Origin: an uncultured Actinomycetes bacterium
GTDB lineage: Bacteria; Actinomycetota; Thermoleophilia; Gaiellales; Gaiellaceae
Assembly (NCBI GenBank): GCA_963840705.1
Contig: CAWIZT010000009.1
Span: 82,321 to 146,320 of the forward strand
Reading direction: 5' to 3'
Length of the DNA stretch: 64,000 bases
The first letter of the stretch is position 1. The number at the start of each line of letters is the position of its first letter. Both the position numbers and the translations under genes were made by a program. The notes below the pieces were generated by a model, which was given only the letters and a program-made list of their open reading frames with translations, did not search any database and had not been told where the DNA came from. Below, piece after piece: positions 23,336-34,784 of the stretch.

Positions 23336-24271
23336 ATGGTCAAGTTCGTCGTCAGGCGCGTGCTGTGGACGATCCCGGTGCTGCTCCTCGTCATCCTCAT
23401 GACGTTCGTGATGATGCGACAGATCGAGGGCAACCCGTTCCGGACGACCGACCGCGCCGTCCCCGAATCGATCCAGCGCAACCTCGAGCGCAAGTTCCAC
23501 CTCGACCAGCCTGCGTGGAGGCAGTACCTCTACTACGTGCAGGGCGTGTTCACGCTCGACCTCGGCCCCTCGCTCACGCTGCGAAACCAGTCCGTGAACG
23601 ACATCATCAAGCAGCGCTTCCCCGTCTCGATCCAGCTCGGCCTGCTGGCGCTGCTCTTCGCGGTCGTCGTCGGCGTTCCACTCGGGATCCTGGCGGCGCT
23701 CAAGCAGAACTCGGTCTTCGACTATGCGGCGATGGGCTTCGCCAACATCGGCTTCGCGCTCCCGAGCTTCCTGGTCGCGACGCTGTTCATCTACTTCTTC
23801 GCTGTTCGCCTCAAGGACTACACGGGATTGCCGACCAACGGGTGGGACGGCCCGAGCTCGTGGCTGATGCCGGCAATCGCGCTCGGCATCTTCCCGATGA
23901 CGTACTTCGCCCGACTGGTCCGCGGCTCGATGCTCGAGACGCTGCAGCAGGACTACATCCGGACCGCAAAGGCCAAGGGCCTGCGCTGGCGGACCGTCGT
24001 GGCCAAGCATGTGCTCCGTAACTCCCTCATCCCGGCCGTGACCGCAACCGGCCCCCTGCTCGGCTTTCTCATCACCGGATCGTTCATCATCGAGACGATC
24101 TTCGGCATTCCCGGCATCGGCAAGTATTACGTCACCGCGGTGAGTGCCCGCGACTACTCCGTTGTGATGGGGATCACGGTTCTGCTCTCCGTCATCGTCA
24201 TCGTCGCCAACCTCGTGGTCGACATCCTCTACGGCTTCCTCGATCCGCGTACGCGGGACCTGCGGACCTGA
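23336..24271 (+). CDS. ABC transporter permease (OppB/DppB-like), locus 1
   Basis: 311 aa with 6 TM. YIRTAKAKGL (EAA-loop region). Confidence 0.9.
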   Translation: MVKFVVRRVLWTIPVLLLVILMTFVMMRQIEGNPFRTTDRAVPESIQRNLERKFHLDQPAWRQYLYYVQGVFTLDLGPSLTLRNQSVNDIIKQRFPVSIQLGLLALLFAVVVGVPLGILAALKQNSVFDYAAMGFANIGFALPSFLVATLFIYFFAVRLKDYTGLPTNGWDGPSSWLMPAIALGIFPMTYFARLVRGSMLETLQQDYIRTAKAKGLRWRTVVAKHVLRNSLIPAVTATGPLLGFLITGSFIIETIFGIPGIGKYYVTAVSARDYSVVMGITVLLSVIVIVANLVVDILYGFLDPRTRDLRT

Positions 24272-25239
24272 TGGCCACCGATCAGCGCGAGGCCGCGTTC
24301 GAGGCCACACACCGACGCAGGGCCGAGTTCGAAGAGACCCTCACCCGCACCGCCGAGTCGCGCGGGGTGGAGGCCGGGACGGCGCTCGGCCGCGCGTCGC
24401 TTTGGAAGGACGCCTACTACCGGTTCATCGCGAACAAGGCCTCCGTCGCCGCGGCCATCGCGTTCCTCGTTCTCCTCGGCTACGTGATCTTCGTTCCCAT
24501 CTTCAGCAACGAGGATCCGTACGCCGTCGACTTCTCCAAGGCCTATATCACTCCGAACCTCGAGCATCCGTTCGGGACCGATCAGTTCGGGCGCGACCTC
24601 TTCCTGCGGACGGCGCTCGGGGGTCGCGTGTCGTTCGCGATCGGCTTTGCGGCAACACTCGCGATCATGATCATCGGGATCACCTACGGCGCGGTCTCGG
24701 GCTTCGTGGGCGGCAGGCTCGACAACGCGCTCATGCGCTTCCTGGACGCGCTCTACGGCCTTCCCTATCTGCCGTTTGCCATTATCACGCTCGCGATCTT
24801 CGGGACGGTCAGCTTCTGGACCATGGTCGTCGCCCTGACGATCGCCTCCTGGTTCACGGCCGCGCGGGTGATGCGCGGCCAGATCATCTCCCTCAAGGAA
24901 AACGACTATGTGCGCGCTGCCTATGCGCTCGGGGCACCCCGGAGCCGAATCCTGGTCCGTCATCTGCTCGTGAACACGCTCGGGGTGATCATCGTGTTCA
25001 TCTTCCTCGAGCTGCCGGGCGTGATCCTCGGCGAGGCGTTCCTCTCCTTCATCGGACTCGGGATCAGTCCGCCGGAGGCATCATGGGGCACCCTCGCCCA
25101 GGAGGGCTACATCGAATACCAGGCGCACCCGTACATCATCGTGATTCCGAGCCTCATGATCGCCTGGCTCATCCTCAGTGCCTTCTTCATCGCGGATGGC
25201 CTCCGCGACGCGCTCGATCCGCGGATGAAGGAGACCTAA
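24271..25239 (+). CDS. ABC transporter permease (OppC/DppC-like), locus 1
   Basis: 322 aa. Its start overlaps the upstream stop. ENDYVRAAYALGA motif. Confidence 0.9.
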   Translation: MATDQREAAFEATHRRRAEFEETLTRTAESRGVEAGTALGRASLWKDAYYRFIANKASVAAAIAFLVLLGYVIFVPIFSNEDPYAVDFSKAYITPNLEHPFGTDQFGRDLFLRTALGGRVSFAIGFAATLAIMIIGITYGAVSGFVGGRLDNALMRFLDALYGLPYLPFAIITLAIFGTVSFWTMVVALTIASWFTAARVMRGQIISLKENDYVRAAYALGAPRSRILVRHLLVNTLGVIIVFIFLELPGVILGEAFLSFIGLGISPPEASWGTLAQEGYIEYQAHPYIIVIPSLMIAWLILSAFFIADGLRDALDPRMKET

Positions 25240-26240
25240 GTGGCGCTGCTCGAAGTCGCGGACCTGCACACGTACTTCAAGACCCGCGAGGGGGAAGTGC
25301 ACGCGGTCGACGGAGTCTCGTTCAACGTCGAGGAGGGGAAGGTACTCGGGATCGTGGGCGAGTCGGGCTGCGGCAAGTCGGTAACCGCGCTCTCGATCAT
25401 GGGGCTCGTGCAGAATCCGGGCCGAGTTGTCTCCGGCTCGGTCCGTTTCGACGGTCGGGAGCTGGTCGGACTCGACGAGCGTGAGCTCGAGGACGTCCGT
25501 GGTCACAGGATCGGGATGATCTTCCAGGACCCGATGACCTCACTCAACCCGGTGTTGACGATCGGGACCCAGATCACCGAGACGCTCCGCCGTCACTTGG
25601 ACTTCTCGAGCGGCCAAGCGAAGAAACGCGCGATCGAGCTACTCGAGGAAGTACAGATCCCCGATGCAGGTCGCCGCCTCTCGGACTACCCCCACCGCTT
25701 CTCGGGAGGGATGCGACAGCGGGTGATGATCGCGATCGCGATATCCTGCAACCCGACGCTGCTCATCGCCGACGAGCCGACCACCGCGCTCGACGTCACC
25801 GTGCAGGCAGGCGTGCTCGATCTCTTGGACGAGCTGCGGGTGCAACACAACATGACGATGATGATGATCTCGCACAACATGGGCGTGGTCGCCGAGACCG
25901 CCGACGACATCCTCGTCATGTACGCCGGCCAGGTGGTCGAGCAGGCCCCGGTGATCGACCTCTTCGACCGGCCGGAGCACCCGTACACGGAGGCCTTGCT
26001 CGCCTCGCTCCCGCATCTGGAAGGCGAAGACGTGCGCAACGGGCGCCTCGTGTCGATTCCTGGTCGCCCGCCCGACCTGCTTGCGCCGCCCGAAGCTTGC
26101 CGCTTCGCGCCGCGCTGCCCACATGCCGGAATGGACGACTGTAGCGTCGTGCCTCCGGAGCTGCGCGAGGTTCGCACGGGGCACTGGGTCCGCTCCCAGC
26201 ATCCTGCTTCGGAGCGCGCCGACGTGCCGGTCGGAGCGCG

Positions 26241-26244
<4 letters not shown>
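25240..26244 (+). CDS. ABC transporter ATP-binding protein (OppD-like), locus 1
   Basis: GESGCGKS (Walker A), FSGGMRQR (signature), [12 protein letters not shown] (Walker B), and the C-terminal oligopeptide-type extension. Confidence 0.92.
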
Positions 26245-27137
<893 letters not shown>

Positions 27138-27179
27138 GAACCGACCGGGCTGCGCCGGCGAATAACGCTTCTGCGGCGC

Positions 27180-28142
27180 CTACAGAATCCGCCGGGCGAG
27201 CATGAAGCCGAGCGGAAGGGCGGAGATGAGGAAGAGCCAGGGGGCCAGGGGCGTGGCCGTGCTCGTTCCACGGGCCGCAGTCGCCGATCGCCGTCGCCGA
27301 GGGCAGCGCGCGTCGCCCGTGCGACCGCGGCGGCCTCGTCCTCCGCAAGCACGGCGCCACCGGTGGCCGTGGCGAGGTCGGTGAGAGCCCGACGGCTAGC
27401 TGGATCCGGCGCGTAGCCACGGTCGAGCCGCCGGCCCGACGTACAGCCGTTCACCCTCGCGCCACACGTGCACAACCACCGGCACGACCGCGGGCGACCC
27501 CCGGAGATCGCCGGCGAGCGCCGCCAACGAGTGGGGCCGACTCTCGCCGTCCGTCAAGAGCACGACCGCACGCGACCTCGCCGAGGTCGCGTAGAAGTTG
27601 CTCGTCGCGAGCGCCGACAGGGCCGCGAACGTCGTCGCACGTCCGGCCCAGTCGCGGTCCGGGGGCGGGCCTTCGACTTCCATCGTTCGCTCGATCGTCG
27701 CCGCGTACACGTCGCGGTCGGAGGACGGAAACAGGTGCGGCAGCACACGATCGGTCAGCGAGGCGACGCCAACGGGCACATCGTCGAGCTCGGAGCGCAG
27801 GCGGAGGGCAAGCGCCTTCGCTCGGTCGAATCGCGTGTGTGCGCCGGGGGCGCTCGCCGCCAGCATCGACCGGCTCGTGTCGAGGACGACGTAGACCTCC
27901 GCGTCGGTACGCACGGGGCGTCCGTCCTCGAGCGCGAGCACCGGCTGGCTCGCGGCGAGTCCGAGCAGCGCCGCGATCGTCCCTAGGGCCGCGAAGGCCG
28001 TGCGCGGAGGAAGTCCTTCCGGCAGCCCCAGCGTGCGCGCCAGTCCGCGCGCGCGGCTCTCGCCCGCGCGCAGCGCGAGGAGGGGCACGAGCCCCACCAG
28101 CGTGAGAAGCGCACCGAATGGCGTGAGGATCTCGATCGACAC
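27180..28142 (-). pseudogene. vWA-domain membrane protein (BatA-like), frameshifted paralog of 43933..44919
   Basis: VSIEILTPFGALLTLVGLVPLLAL...VYVVLDTSRSM...VVLLTDGES in one frame. RLDRGYAPDPASRRALTDLATATGGAVL and the tail TATPLAPWLFLISALPLGFMLARRIL are in two other frames. Confidence 0.75.
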
Positions 28143-28150
28143 GGCACTCC

Positions 28151-28764
28151 TTAGTAGCCGGACCCCGTCCGCCCCAGCACGCCCTCGCCGAACGAGCCGC
28201 GCGGGAGGTCCGCATCCGATTCCGGATCCACGTTCCGCAGCGCGAGCTCGAGGTTGTACTTGGCCCGCTCGTTCCGAGTCGTCGAGCAGGACGGCTGTCC
28301 GAAAGCTGACGATCGCGCTCTCGAGACGACTGCCACGCACGGCACCCGGCTTCTCTCCGTCGCGGGCGACCGACAGCACGCCGAGCAGGTTCGTTACCTG
28401 CGAGCGGCGGCGCGGGTTGGCATCCGACCGAGCGACCTCGGCGAGCGCAATCTCGGCCGCGGCTCGAAGCGCGGCCGGCTCCGGATGCTGCTCAGCGGGC
28501 GTAGCGGCGACGCTCATCCAGAGGAGCTGGAGCGCGCGCCGGAAGGCGAGATCGTCGTCGATCACCGAGCAGCCTGCTTGCGGCGCCGCCGGGGAACCGC
28601 TCGTCCGACCGGAACAAGCCCGGATGGTCCGGAGTCTCCCGGAAGGCGAGTCCGTCGTGGACAAGCCGCTTTTCCCACTGGCGCACGTCGCTCGCGAGCA
28701 GGCCGAGGAGCCCCGCGCAGGCGAGCGCGAGGAGGGCGGCGGCCGCCAGGAACGCGCGCGTCAT
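28151..28764 (-). pseudogene. TPR-like membrane-anchored protein (BatC-like), frameshifted paralog of 44926..45558
   Basis: MTRAFLAAAALLALACAGLLGLLASDVRQW, then IDDDLAFRRAL...NLLGVL, then ERAKYNLELALRN...GSGY, across three frames. Same order and same GSGY end as the intact copy. Confidence 0.7.
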
Positions 28765-29650
28765 CGCGCCTCCCGCCTCGGGATCGGCAGGCGCGCGAGC
28801 ACACCCTCGTGAAGAGCCAGCAGGAACAGCACAGCGGCTCCCGCGAGGACGAGGGGGACGGGCGAGGCGGCTCGGGACCGGTCCTCGACCTGCGCGACTG
28901 CAGCGGACGCCGGCAGCGTGCGCTCCAGCTTGTCCGGATCGACGAAGATGCCATCCCCCAGAATGCGCGCGTAGATCCGCTGCCGATCCCGATCCGTCAC
29001 GAGCGGGACGATCCGCACCGCCACGCCTGCATCCCGTACCCGCGTGAGCGTGGCCTCCAGGTGCGGGTCGCCGGGTGAATCGAGATCGCTCAGCACGAGG
29101 ATGGAGCCGTTCTCGGTCGCGTCCCGTTCCAGCATCTCGAGCGCCTTCGAGAGTCCGGCGGAGATCAACGTGCCACCGCTGAAGGAACGGGTCCAGGGGT
29201 TCTCCAGGAAGGTCTCGTCTCTACCGGTAGCCAGCACCTCGGGCAGCGGGTGCGAAGAACCGGAGCAGAGGCACGAGCGCGCGTCCCGGCGCCCCGGCGG
29301 GAGCAGCTCGTAGGCTACGTCGGAGAACAGAACCAGCCCCACCGGATCGTCGCGTCTCGGCGAGCGTCTGCAGCGCTGCCCTGATCCGGCGGTTGGGGTT
29401 CTCGTAGAGCTCCGGCAGGACGTCGGCGATACGGCTCGCCCCTTGCACGCTCGCGGAGGCATCGAGGACGACGACGACGTTCGTCCCGGACGGCACCAGA
29501 CCGGCGCTCTCGACCTCCGGCTCTCGCGCGGCAGCCGCGCCGGCGCCGAGAGCGGCGGCGAGCGCGAGCAGGAGCGCTGCGCGAACGAACGCGGTGCGGC
29601 GGACCGCGCGTCCGAGCGCGGCAAGATCGGCGCTCGGAAGAGCCGGGACT
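28761..29650 (-). pseudogene. vWA-domain protein, frameshifted paralog of 45555..46397
   Basis: NVVVVLDASASV...ELYENPNRRIRAALQ in one frame and DPVGLVLFSDVAYELLPPG...ILVLSDLDSP...VRIVPL in another. The start is not resolvable. Confidence 0.65.
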
Positions 29651-30541
29651 ACGCACGCCGACCGTTCCTTGCCACGAGCTCGCCGACCCGCTCGGTGAGC
29701 CTGTCGGTTGCCTCGGAGGCGGGACGACGGCCGCGCCCACGCCAGCTCGCTGGCCGCGCGCGCGAGGTCGCTCTCGCCGTCGCCGCGAGAGCTCGACGGC
29801 GAGCAGGTCGAGCGCCTTGCGCTCTTCCTCGAGCTCGTCTCTCCGGGCGGCGTGGAGCAGACGAAGCGCCCGCTCGAGCGGCGGCGGTCGCGGCGGCGCC
29901 GGCGGAATCCGGCGTGACGCCGCCATCAGGAGCACGACTGCCGCCGCGACCAGCATGCCGGTGACCGTGGCGAGCAGCCCCACGAGGACGCCCGGCGCGA
30001 TGCGGAAGGTCGCGGCCGGAACCTCCTGATGTTCACGCGCCAGGCCCCTGCCGAGCCCGGTTCGGTGACCGGTCTGCGCCACGCGCGACCTGAGGACGAC
30101 TTCGGCCACTCGAGGGCCGCCACACGCTCGCCGTCTGCGAGCACGACTCCGGGCGAGAACGCGAACCCCTGCCGGTCGGTCAGCGCCAGGCACCCCTCGG
30201 CGAGACACTGGAGCGGAAACGTGAACCGCAGCCGCGTCAGCTCGCCGGAGTCCAGCCGGTCGGTCTCGCTGCAGCGCCGCCCGCTCGTACGGCTCGAAGC
30301 TCGACCGCAGCGTCACGGCGGCGGGATCGACGCGCCCCCGCGTCGAGTAGCACTTCCACGCGCGCCGACACGAGGTCGCCGAACAGATGCTGCCGCGGCT
30401 CGACGAGCGTGTTGACCGTTACGCCACGGTCGTCGAGCTCGCGGCAGCGTCTCGACGTCGGCGGCTCCGAGCAGCTAGGACCGTCGCAGCCGCCGCGGCG
30501 CCCGCCACCAGCACGACGCCGAGGACGACCGCCCGCCTCAC
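29649..30541 (-). pseudogene. Membrane protein of unknown function, frameshifted paralog of 46394..47365
   Basis: VRRAVVLGVVLVAGAAAAATVLAA (GTGA overlap with the upstream stop). Later pieces (RVDPAAVTLRSSFEPYER, LTRLRFTFPLQCLAEGC, GVLVGLLATVTGMLVAAAVVLL...PPLERALRLL) are scattered over three frames. Confidence 0.6.
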
Positions 30542-31450
30542 CCGCGGAGCCACCCTCGGAGAAGCTGGCGCTGGTCGCTCCAGGCTACGAAGCGCTCGAG
30601 GATGTCGGCGGCATCCGACGAGGAGAGCACGACCGGGCTCGAGGTCGAGCGCGTGAAACCCACCCATGAGCTCGGTGAACCGCTCTTCGTTCGCCGCCCG
30701 CCGCTCCGCCACGTCGCGCCGCGACAGCCGTGCCAACCGCGATCGTCCGGTTACGGGATCGACGAGGCGGATGACGACGCCGGCGACGTCAGGGAAGCTG
30801 CGCTCCCACACCGCGTCCTGGATGATCACCGGAACGACGTCCCAGCGATGCTGGAGCGCACGCATCAGCGCCTCTTCGTCGGGAGGAGACGAGAAAGTCG
30901 GAGAGGACGAAGACGAAGCTGCCGGAGAGGGATCGCGCGCCTGTGCTCGAGGAGCCGCCGGAACGCAGTCGTGAGGCTGTCGGCCGGCGCCCGGAACGGC
31001 CTTTGCCGATCTGCCGCCCACGGCTCCATCCGGCTACGGGGCCGTTCCCACACCTCGTCACCCTCCTCGGCGAGGTCGAGGTATCCGACCAGCCCACGCG
31101 CACGGGTCACGCTGAGCGCGGCAAGCCTGGACGCCACCCGCATCGCCTCAGCCTTGTCGAGCCACGGGAGCGGCGGCTCGAAGAGGGCCATGGACGGTCG
31201 GTAGTCGCAGATCACTACCGCGCATGGCGCCTCGTCCGCGTGGTTCACCCGAACGACGAACTCGTCGCTGGCGCGCGCGGAAGAGAGCTTCGCGGAGGCG
31301 CTCCAGTCGATCGTGTCCATGTCGTCTCCGGGACGGTAGGGACGCGAGCCGGCGACGTCGAAGCCGATGCCCCGGCGTCCGCTTCGCATCGCGCCGAAGA
31401 AGGGGCCGGCCACGCGCTGCCGCGGGATCAGCGGAAACGTCCGGTCGTCG
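30538..31450 (-). pseudogene. DUF58 protein, frameshifted paralog of 47370..48296
   Basis: FDVAGSRPYRPGDDMDTIDW...VVICDYRPSM, then SFVFVLSDF, then HRWDVVPVIIQDAVWERSFPDV, then VVLSSSDAADILERF, in at least 3 frames. Confidence 0.75.
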
Positions 31451-31459
31451 CCGGAGACG

Positions 31460-32522
31460 TTACGCGACGGCGAGGCGGCCCGAATGAGGACGAGCCTGCC
31501 GTCCGCGGCGGGCGCCGGGCGGCGGGGCTGCGGCGACGCGACCCTGGACGAACTGCGTCGAGGCGCGGAGGTGCTCCACACTCGCGCCTCGCGCGCCTCC
31601 GCCTGAAGAAGGTCGGCGCGAACACGACGCGGTGAACGAGTACCGGACGGAACAGGCGCTCGACGTCCTCGGGGACGACGTAGGCCCGCCCGTGCAGGAG
31701 CGCCCATGCCCGTGCCGCCCGCTCGAGCGAGAGGCTGCCGCGCACCGAGGCTCCGATCGCGACGCCGTCGATCTCCCTGGTCGCGCGCAACGAGGTCGAC
31801 GATCCAACGCGCCAGGAGCGGGTCGACGTAGACGCTTTCGCACGGCGCGCCGGAGCTCGCGAGCTCCTCCAGGTCGATCGCGGGCGTGAGGAACGACGAG
31901 CGGATGCCCACCCCGTTGCTCATGGATGATCCGGACTTCGTCCTCGGGGACCGGATACCCGAGCGCCGTCCTCAGGAAGAAGCGGTCGAGCTGTGCTTCC
32001 GGAAGCGGGAACGTCCCCTCGTACTCGATCGGGTTCTCGGTCGCGAGCAGGAGGAACGGGTCCGGCAGGTGGCGCGTCTCGCCGTCGACGGTTACCTGCT
32101 GCTCGGCCATCGCCTCGAGGAGCGCCGACTGCGTCTTCGGCATCGCGCGGTTGATCTCGTCGACGAGGACCACGTTGGCGAAGATCGGCCCGGGCCGGAA
32201 CTCGAAGTCGCGCTCCTTGGGGTTGAAGAGGGAGAGGCCCGTCACATCGGTCGGCTGGAGGTCAGGCGTGCACTGGATGCGCGACGTCGTCGTGCCCTCG
32301 ATCGTGTGTGCGATCGCGCGCGCGAGCACGGTCTTGGCAGTACCGGGAACGTCCTCGAAGAGCACATGGCCCCCGCACAGCATCGCGGCGAGGACGAGCT
32401 TGATCTCCTCGCGCTTGCCGTAGACGACCGTCTCGATGTTGTCCGTGAAGCGATCCGCGAGCGCAGACGCGCGCCGGAGCTGGCCCTCCTCGGACGGGTA
32501 TCGGGGCCTCCACGCTCTCCAT
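31460..32522 (-). pseudogene. MoxR-family AAA+ ATPase, frameshifted paralog of 48310..49347
   Basis: MESVEAP (ATG 32522), then [43 protein letters not shown]...[24 protein letters not shown], then [15 protein letters not shown], then [18 protein letters not shown]...VLVHRVVF, then [12 protein letters not shown]. At least 5 frame changes. Confidence 0.8.
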
Positions 32523-32532
32523 CGCGCGCCTT

Positions 32533-32569
32533 ACGTTATCCCAGCGTTGCCCGACGTTATCCCAGCGTT
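32533..32569. promoter_or_regulatory. Two exact 16-bp direct repeats (ACGTTATCCCAGCGTT) with 21-bp phasing in a divergent intergenic region
   Basis: Copies at 32533-32548 and 32554-32569, between the moxR1 start (32522, minus) and the lipoprotein gene start (32624, plus). Locally A+T-richer than the surroundings. Confidence 0.5.
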
Positions 32570-32623
32570 ATTGCGCAACCGGGCCAGCTCCGCTCGCCCA
32601 GGGCCCTGGCTACCCTACGCGCG

Positions 32624-33085
32624 ATGTCGCGCACGTTCCTCGTTCTCACGGTGGTGTTGGTCGCGCTCGCGGCCGCTGGCTGCATGGGCGGAGGCGACAC
32701 CTCGCAGGAGGAGTTCGCGGCGCAGGTCGTCGAGACCCGCAACCGGACGGACGCCGCGCTCGAGCACATGACGCGGAGCGCGGACGTACGACGACCTGCT
32801 CGAGCGCATCGACCTGGCCGGGAGACGCGGCGCAGGCGGCCGCGGACGATCTCGAGGAGGCGGGCGCGCCCAGATGAGCTCGAGGACGAGGCCGAGGAGC
32901 TCGTCGGAGGCGCTACGCGCCCTCGGAGACGAGACTGGCGGCGACCGCCGAGGCGTTGGGTGACGACCGGTTCGAGGACTCGACGATCCAAGGCCTCGAG
33001 TTCACCAACTGGAACCGGGCCCAGTCAGCCCTTGACGACCTCCGCGAGCAGGGCGTCGACGTCGCCGCCGCTCGAGCGTCACTGA
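32624..33085 (+). pseudogene. Acidic lipoprotein of unknown function, multiply frameshifted
   Basis: MSRTFLVLTVVLVALAAAGC (lipobox-like). Later sensible segments (YDDLLERIDLAG, DELEDEAEELVG, EALGDDRFEDSTIQGLEFTNWNRAQSALDDLREQGVDV) alternate between frames. The 3' end is uncertain. Confidence 0.5.
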
Positions 33086-33136
33086 CGGCGGGCCGACTCA
33101 GAGAATCCAGGTCAAGCCGCTGATGGGCACGCTCGA

Positions 33137-33590
33137 TCACTGGAGTGGGGCCGCTGCCGCTGGAGCTGGACACGCGAGAGGAGCCGTTGGGGTGTTCTCA
33201 GCCGGGGACGGGTAGGCGTCTCCTGGACGTCCGGCGTCGCCGGTTTCCGATCCACGCCCGGTGCTCACCAAGCTCGCCGTCCCGACGACGGCGACGGCAA
33301 GCGCAGCCGCCGCTCCGAGCTGGAAGCGCGCCAAGCGCGCGGTCCGGCGCGACGAGACGCGGACTGGGACGCGAACCCTGCGGACTGGAGTTTCCGGTGG
33401 CGAGTCACGAATGTGTTTCGCGAGCGCGTGGATCTCGGAGCGGTACGCCGTGCAGTCGCCGCAACTGCCGGAGATGGGCTTCGAGGAATCCGCGCTCGAG
33501 CTCGGACAGCTCGCCGTCGACCTCGAGCGAGATATCACGCGCGAGTCCGTTCACACACCACCTCGTCGTCTGCTCGCCTCCACGTTCAGT
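33137..33590 (-). pseudogene. zf-HC2 anti-sigma-like membrane protein, frameshifted paralog of 20923..21447
   Basis: CVNGLARDISLEVDGELSELERGFLEAHL in one frame and SCGDCTAYRSEIHALAKHI...LGAAAALAVAVVGTASLV (TM) in the frame of 33137..33538. The shift falls inside the Hx3Cx2C motif. The start is unresolved. Confidence 0.55.
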
Positions 33591-33648
33591 TACGACGGGG
33601 TGCCACCAGGGAAGTTAGAGTCCCCGGCGGGATGCGAGCGAGACGCGC

Positions 33649-34750
33649 CTAGCGCCGCAAGGCTCGCCTCAGGACTACCGGAGACGCCAGAGTCGGCCGC
33701 GACCGGCTCGAGCGGCTTGACGACCTCTGCGAAGTGACAGGCGCTCGGGTGTCCGTGTCCTCGGTCGATGAGCAGAGGTTCCTCGTCGGCGCAGATCGGC
33801 TGCGCTTTCCAGCACCGCGTCCGGAATCGGCAGCCGGAGGGCGGGTTGGCAGGGCTGGGGACATCGCCTCTGAGAATGATCCGCTCGCGCTTGCCGCGGA
33901 GCTCCGGCGTCTCGATGGGGACGGCCGAGAGCAGCGCCTGCGTATACGGGTGCGTGGGGGTCGGTGTACACCTGCTTGCGGGTGCCCACCTCTACCACCT
34001 TGCCGAGGTACATGACGGCGACTCGATCGGAGACGTGCCGCACGAGCGAGAGGTCGTGCGCGACGAACAGGTAGGTGAGATCGAACTCGCGCTGGAGCGA
34101 CTCGAGGAGGTTGATGACCTGCGCGCGAATCGACACGTCGAGAGCCGACACCGGCTCGTCGAGGATGAGCAGCTGTGGATTGAGCGCGAGCGCGCGCGCA
34201 ACACCGATCCGCTGTCGCTGGCCGCCGGAGAACTCGTGCGGGAACCGGTTCCCGTGCTCGGGCGAGAGTCCGACCGTGCGCAGCAACTCGTCCACGCGCG
34301 CGCGCCGCTGGCCTCCGCGATAGAGGCGGTGGATGCGTAGCGGCTCGCTCACGATGTCCCGAACGGTCATTCGTGGGTTCAGGGACGCGTAGGGGTCCTG
34401 GAACACGATCTGCAGCTCGCGCCGCACATCTGCGCATCTGGCGCCGGCTGAAGCGGGTGATGTCCTGCCCGTTGAAGATGATCTTCCCGGCGGTCGGTTC
34501 GACCAGCTTGATGATCGTGCGGGCGAGCGTCGTCTTCCCGCACCCCGACTCTCCGACGAGCCCGAGCGTCTCGCCGGCTGTCAGCGACAGGTCGACGCCG
34601 TCGACCGCATGGACCTGCCCGACCTGCCCCTTGAGGACACCGGAGCGAATCGGGAAGTGCTTGACGAGGCCCTCCACGCGGAGGATCTCCTCCCCCTCGC
34701 CGGCCCGCCTGTTCGACCGGCGCGTGAGTTTCGGCGGCGCTCATGGCCAT
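33649..34750 (-). pseudogene. ABC transporter ATP-binding protein (OppF-like), locus 2, frameshifted
   Basis: GESGCGKTT segment (frame of 33649..34677), [20 protein letters not shown] segment (frame of 33675..34427), and a C-terminal [12 protein letters not shown]...SGCRFRTRC...ACHF segment in the third frame. The true stop lies somewhere in 33590-33675. Confidence 0.8.
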
Positions 34751-34784
34751 CCGTCCTGAGACTCAGTGCGGCGGAGTCGTCGTC

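Noticed and set aside
27138-27179. Bidirectional terminator between the convergent oppF1 and vWA pseudogene ends
   Set aside because: Only a 6-bp GCGCCG/CGGCGC pairing is possible and there is no U-tract. That is too weak to call.
31886-33085. 399-aa plus-strand ORF spanning the moxR1 region
   Set aside because: Its first two thirds are antisense to the recognisable MoxR segments and are low in complexity. Only the part from ATG 32624 (lipoprotein signal) looks genuine.
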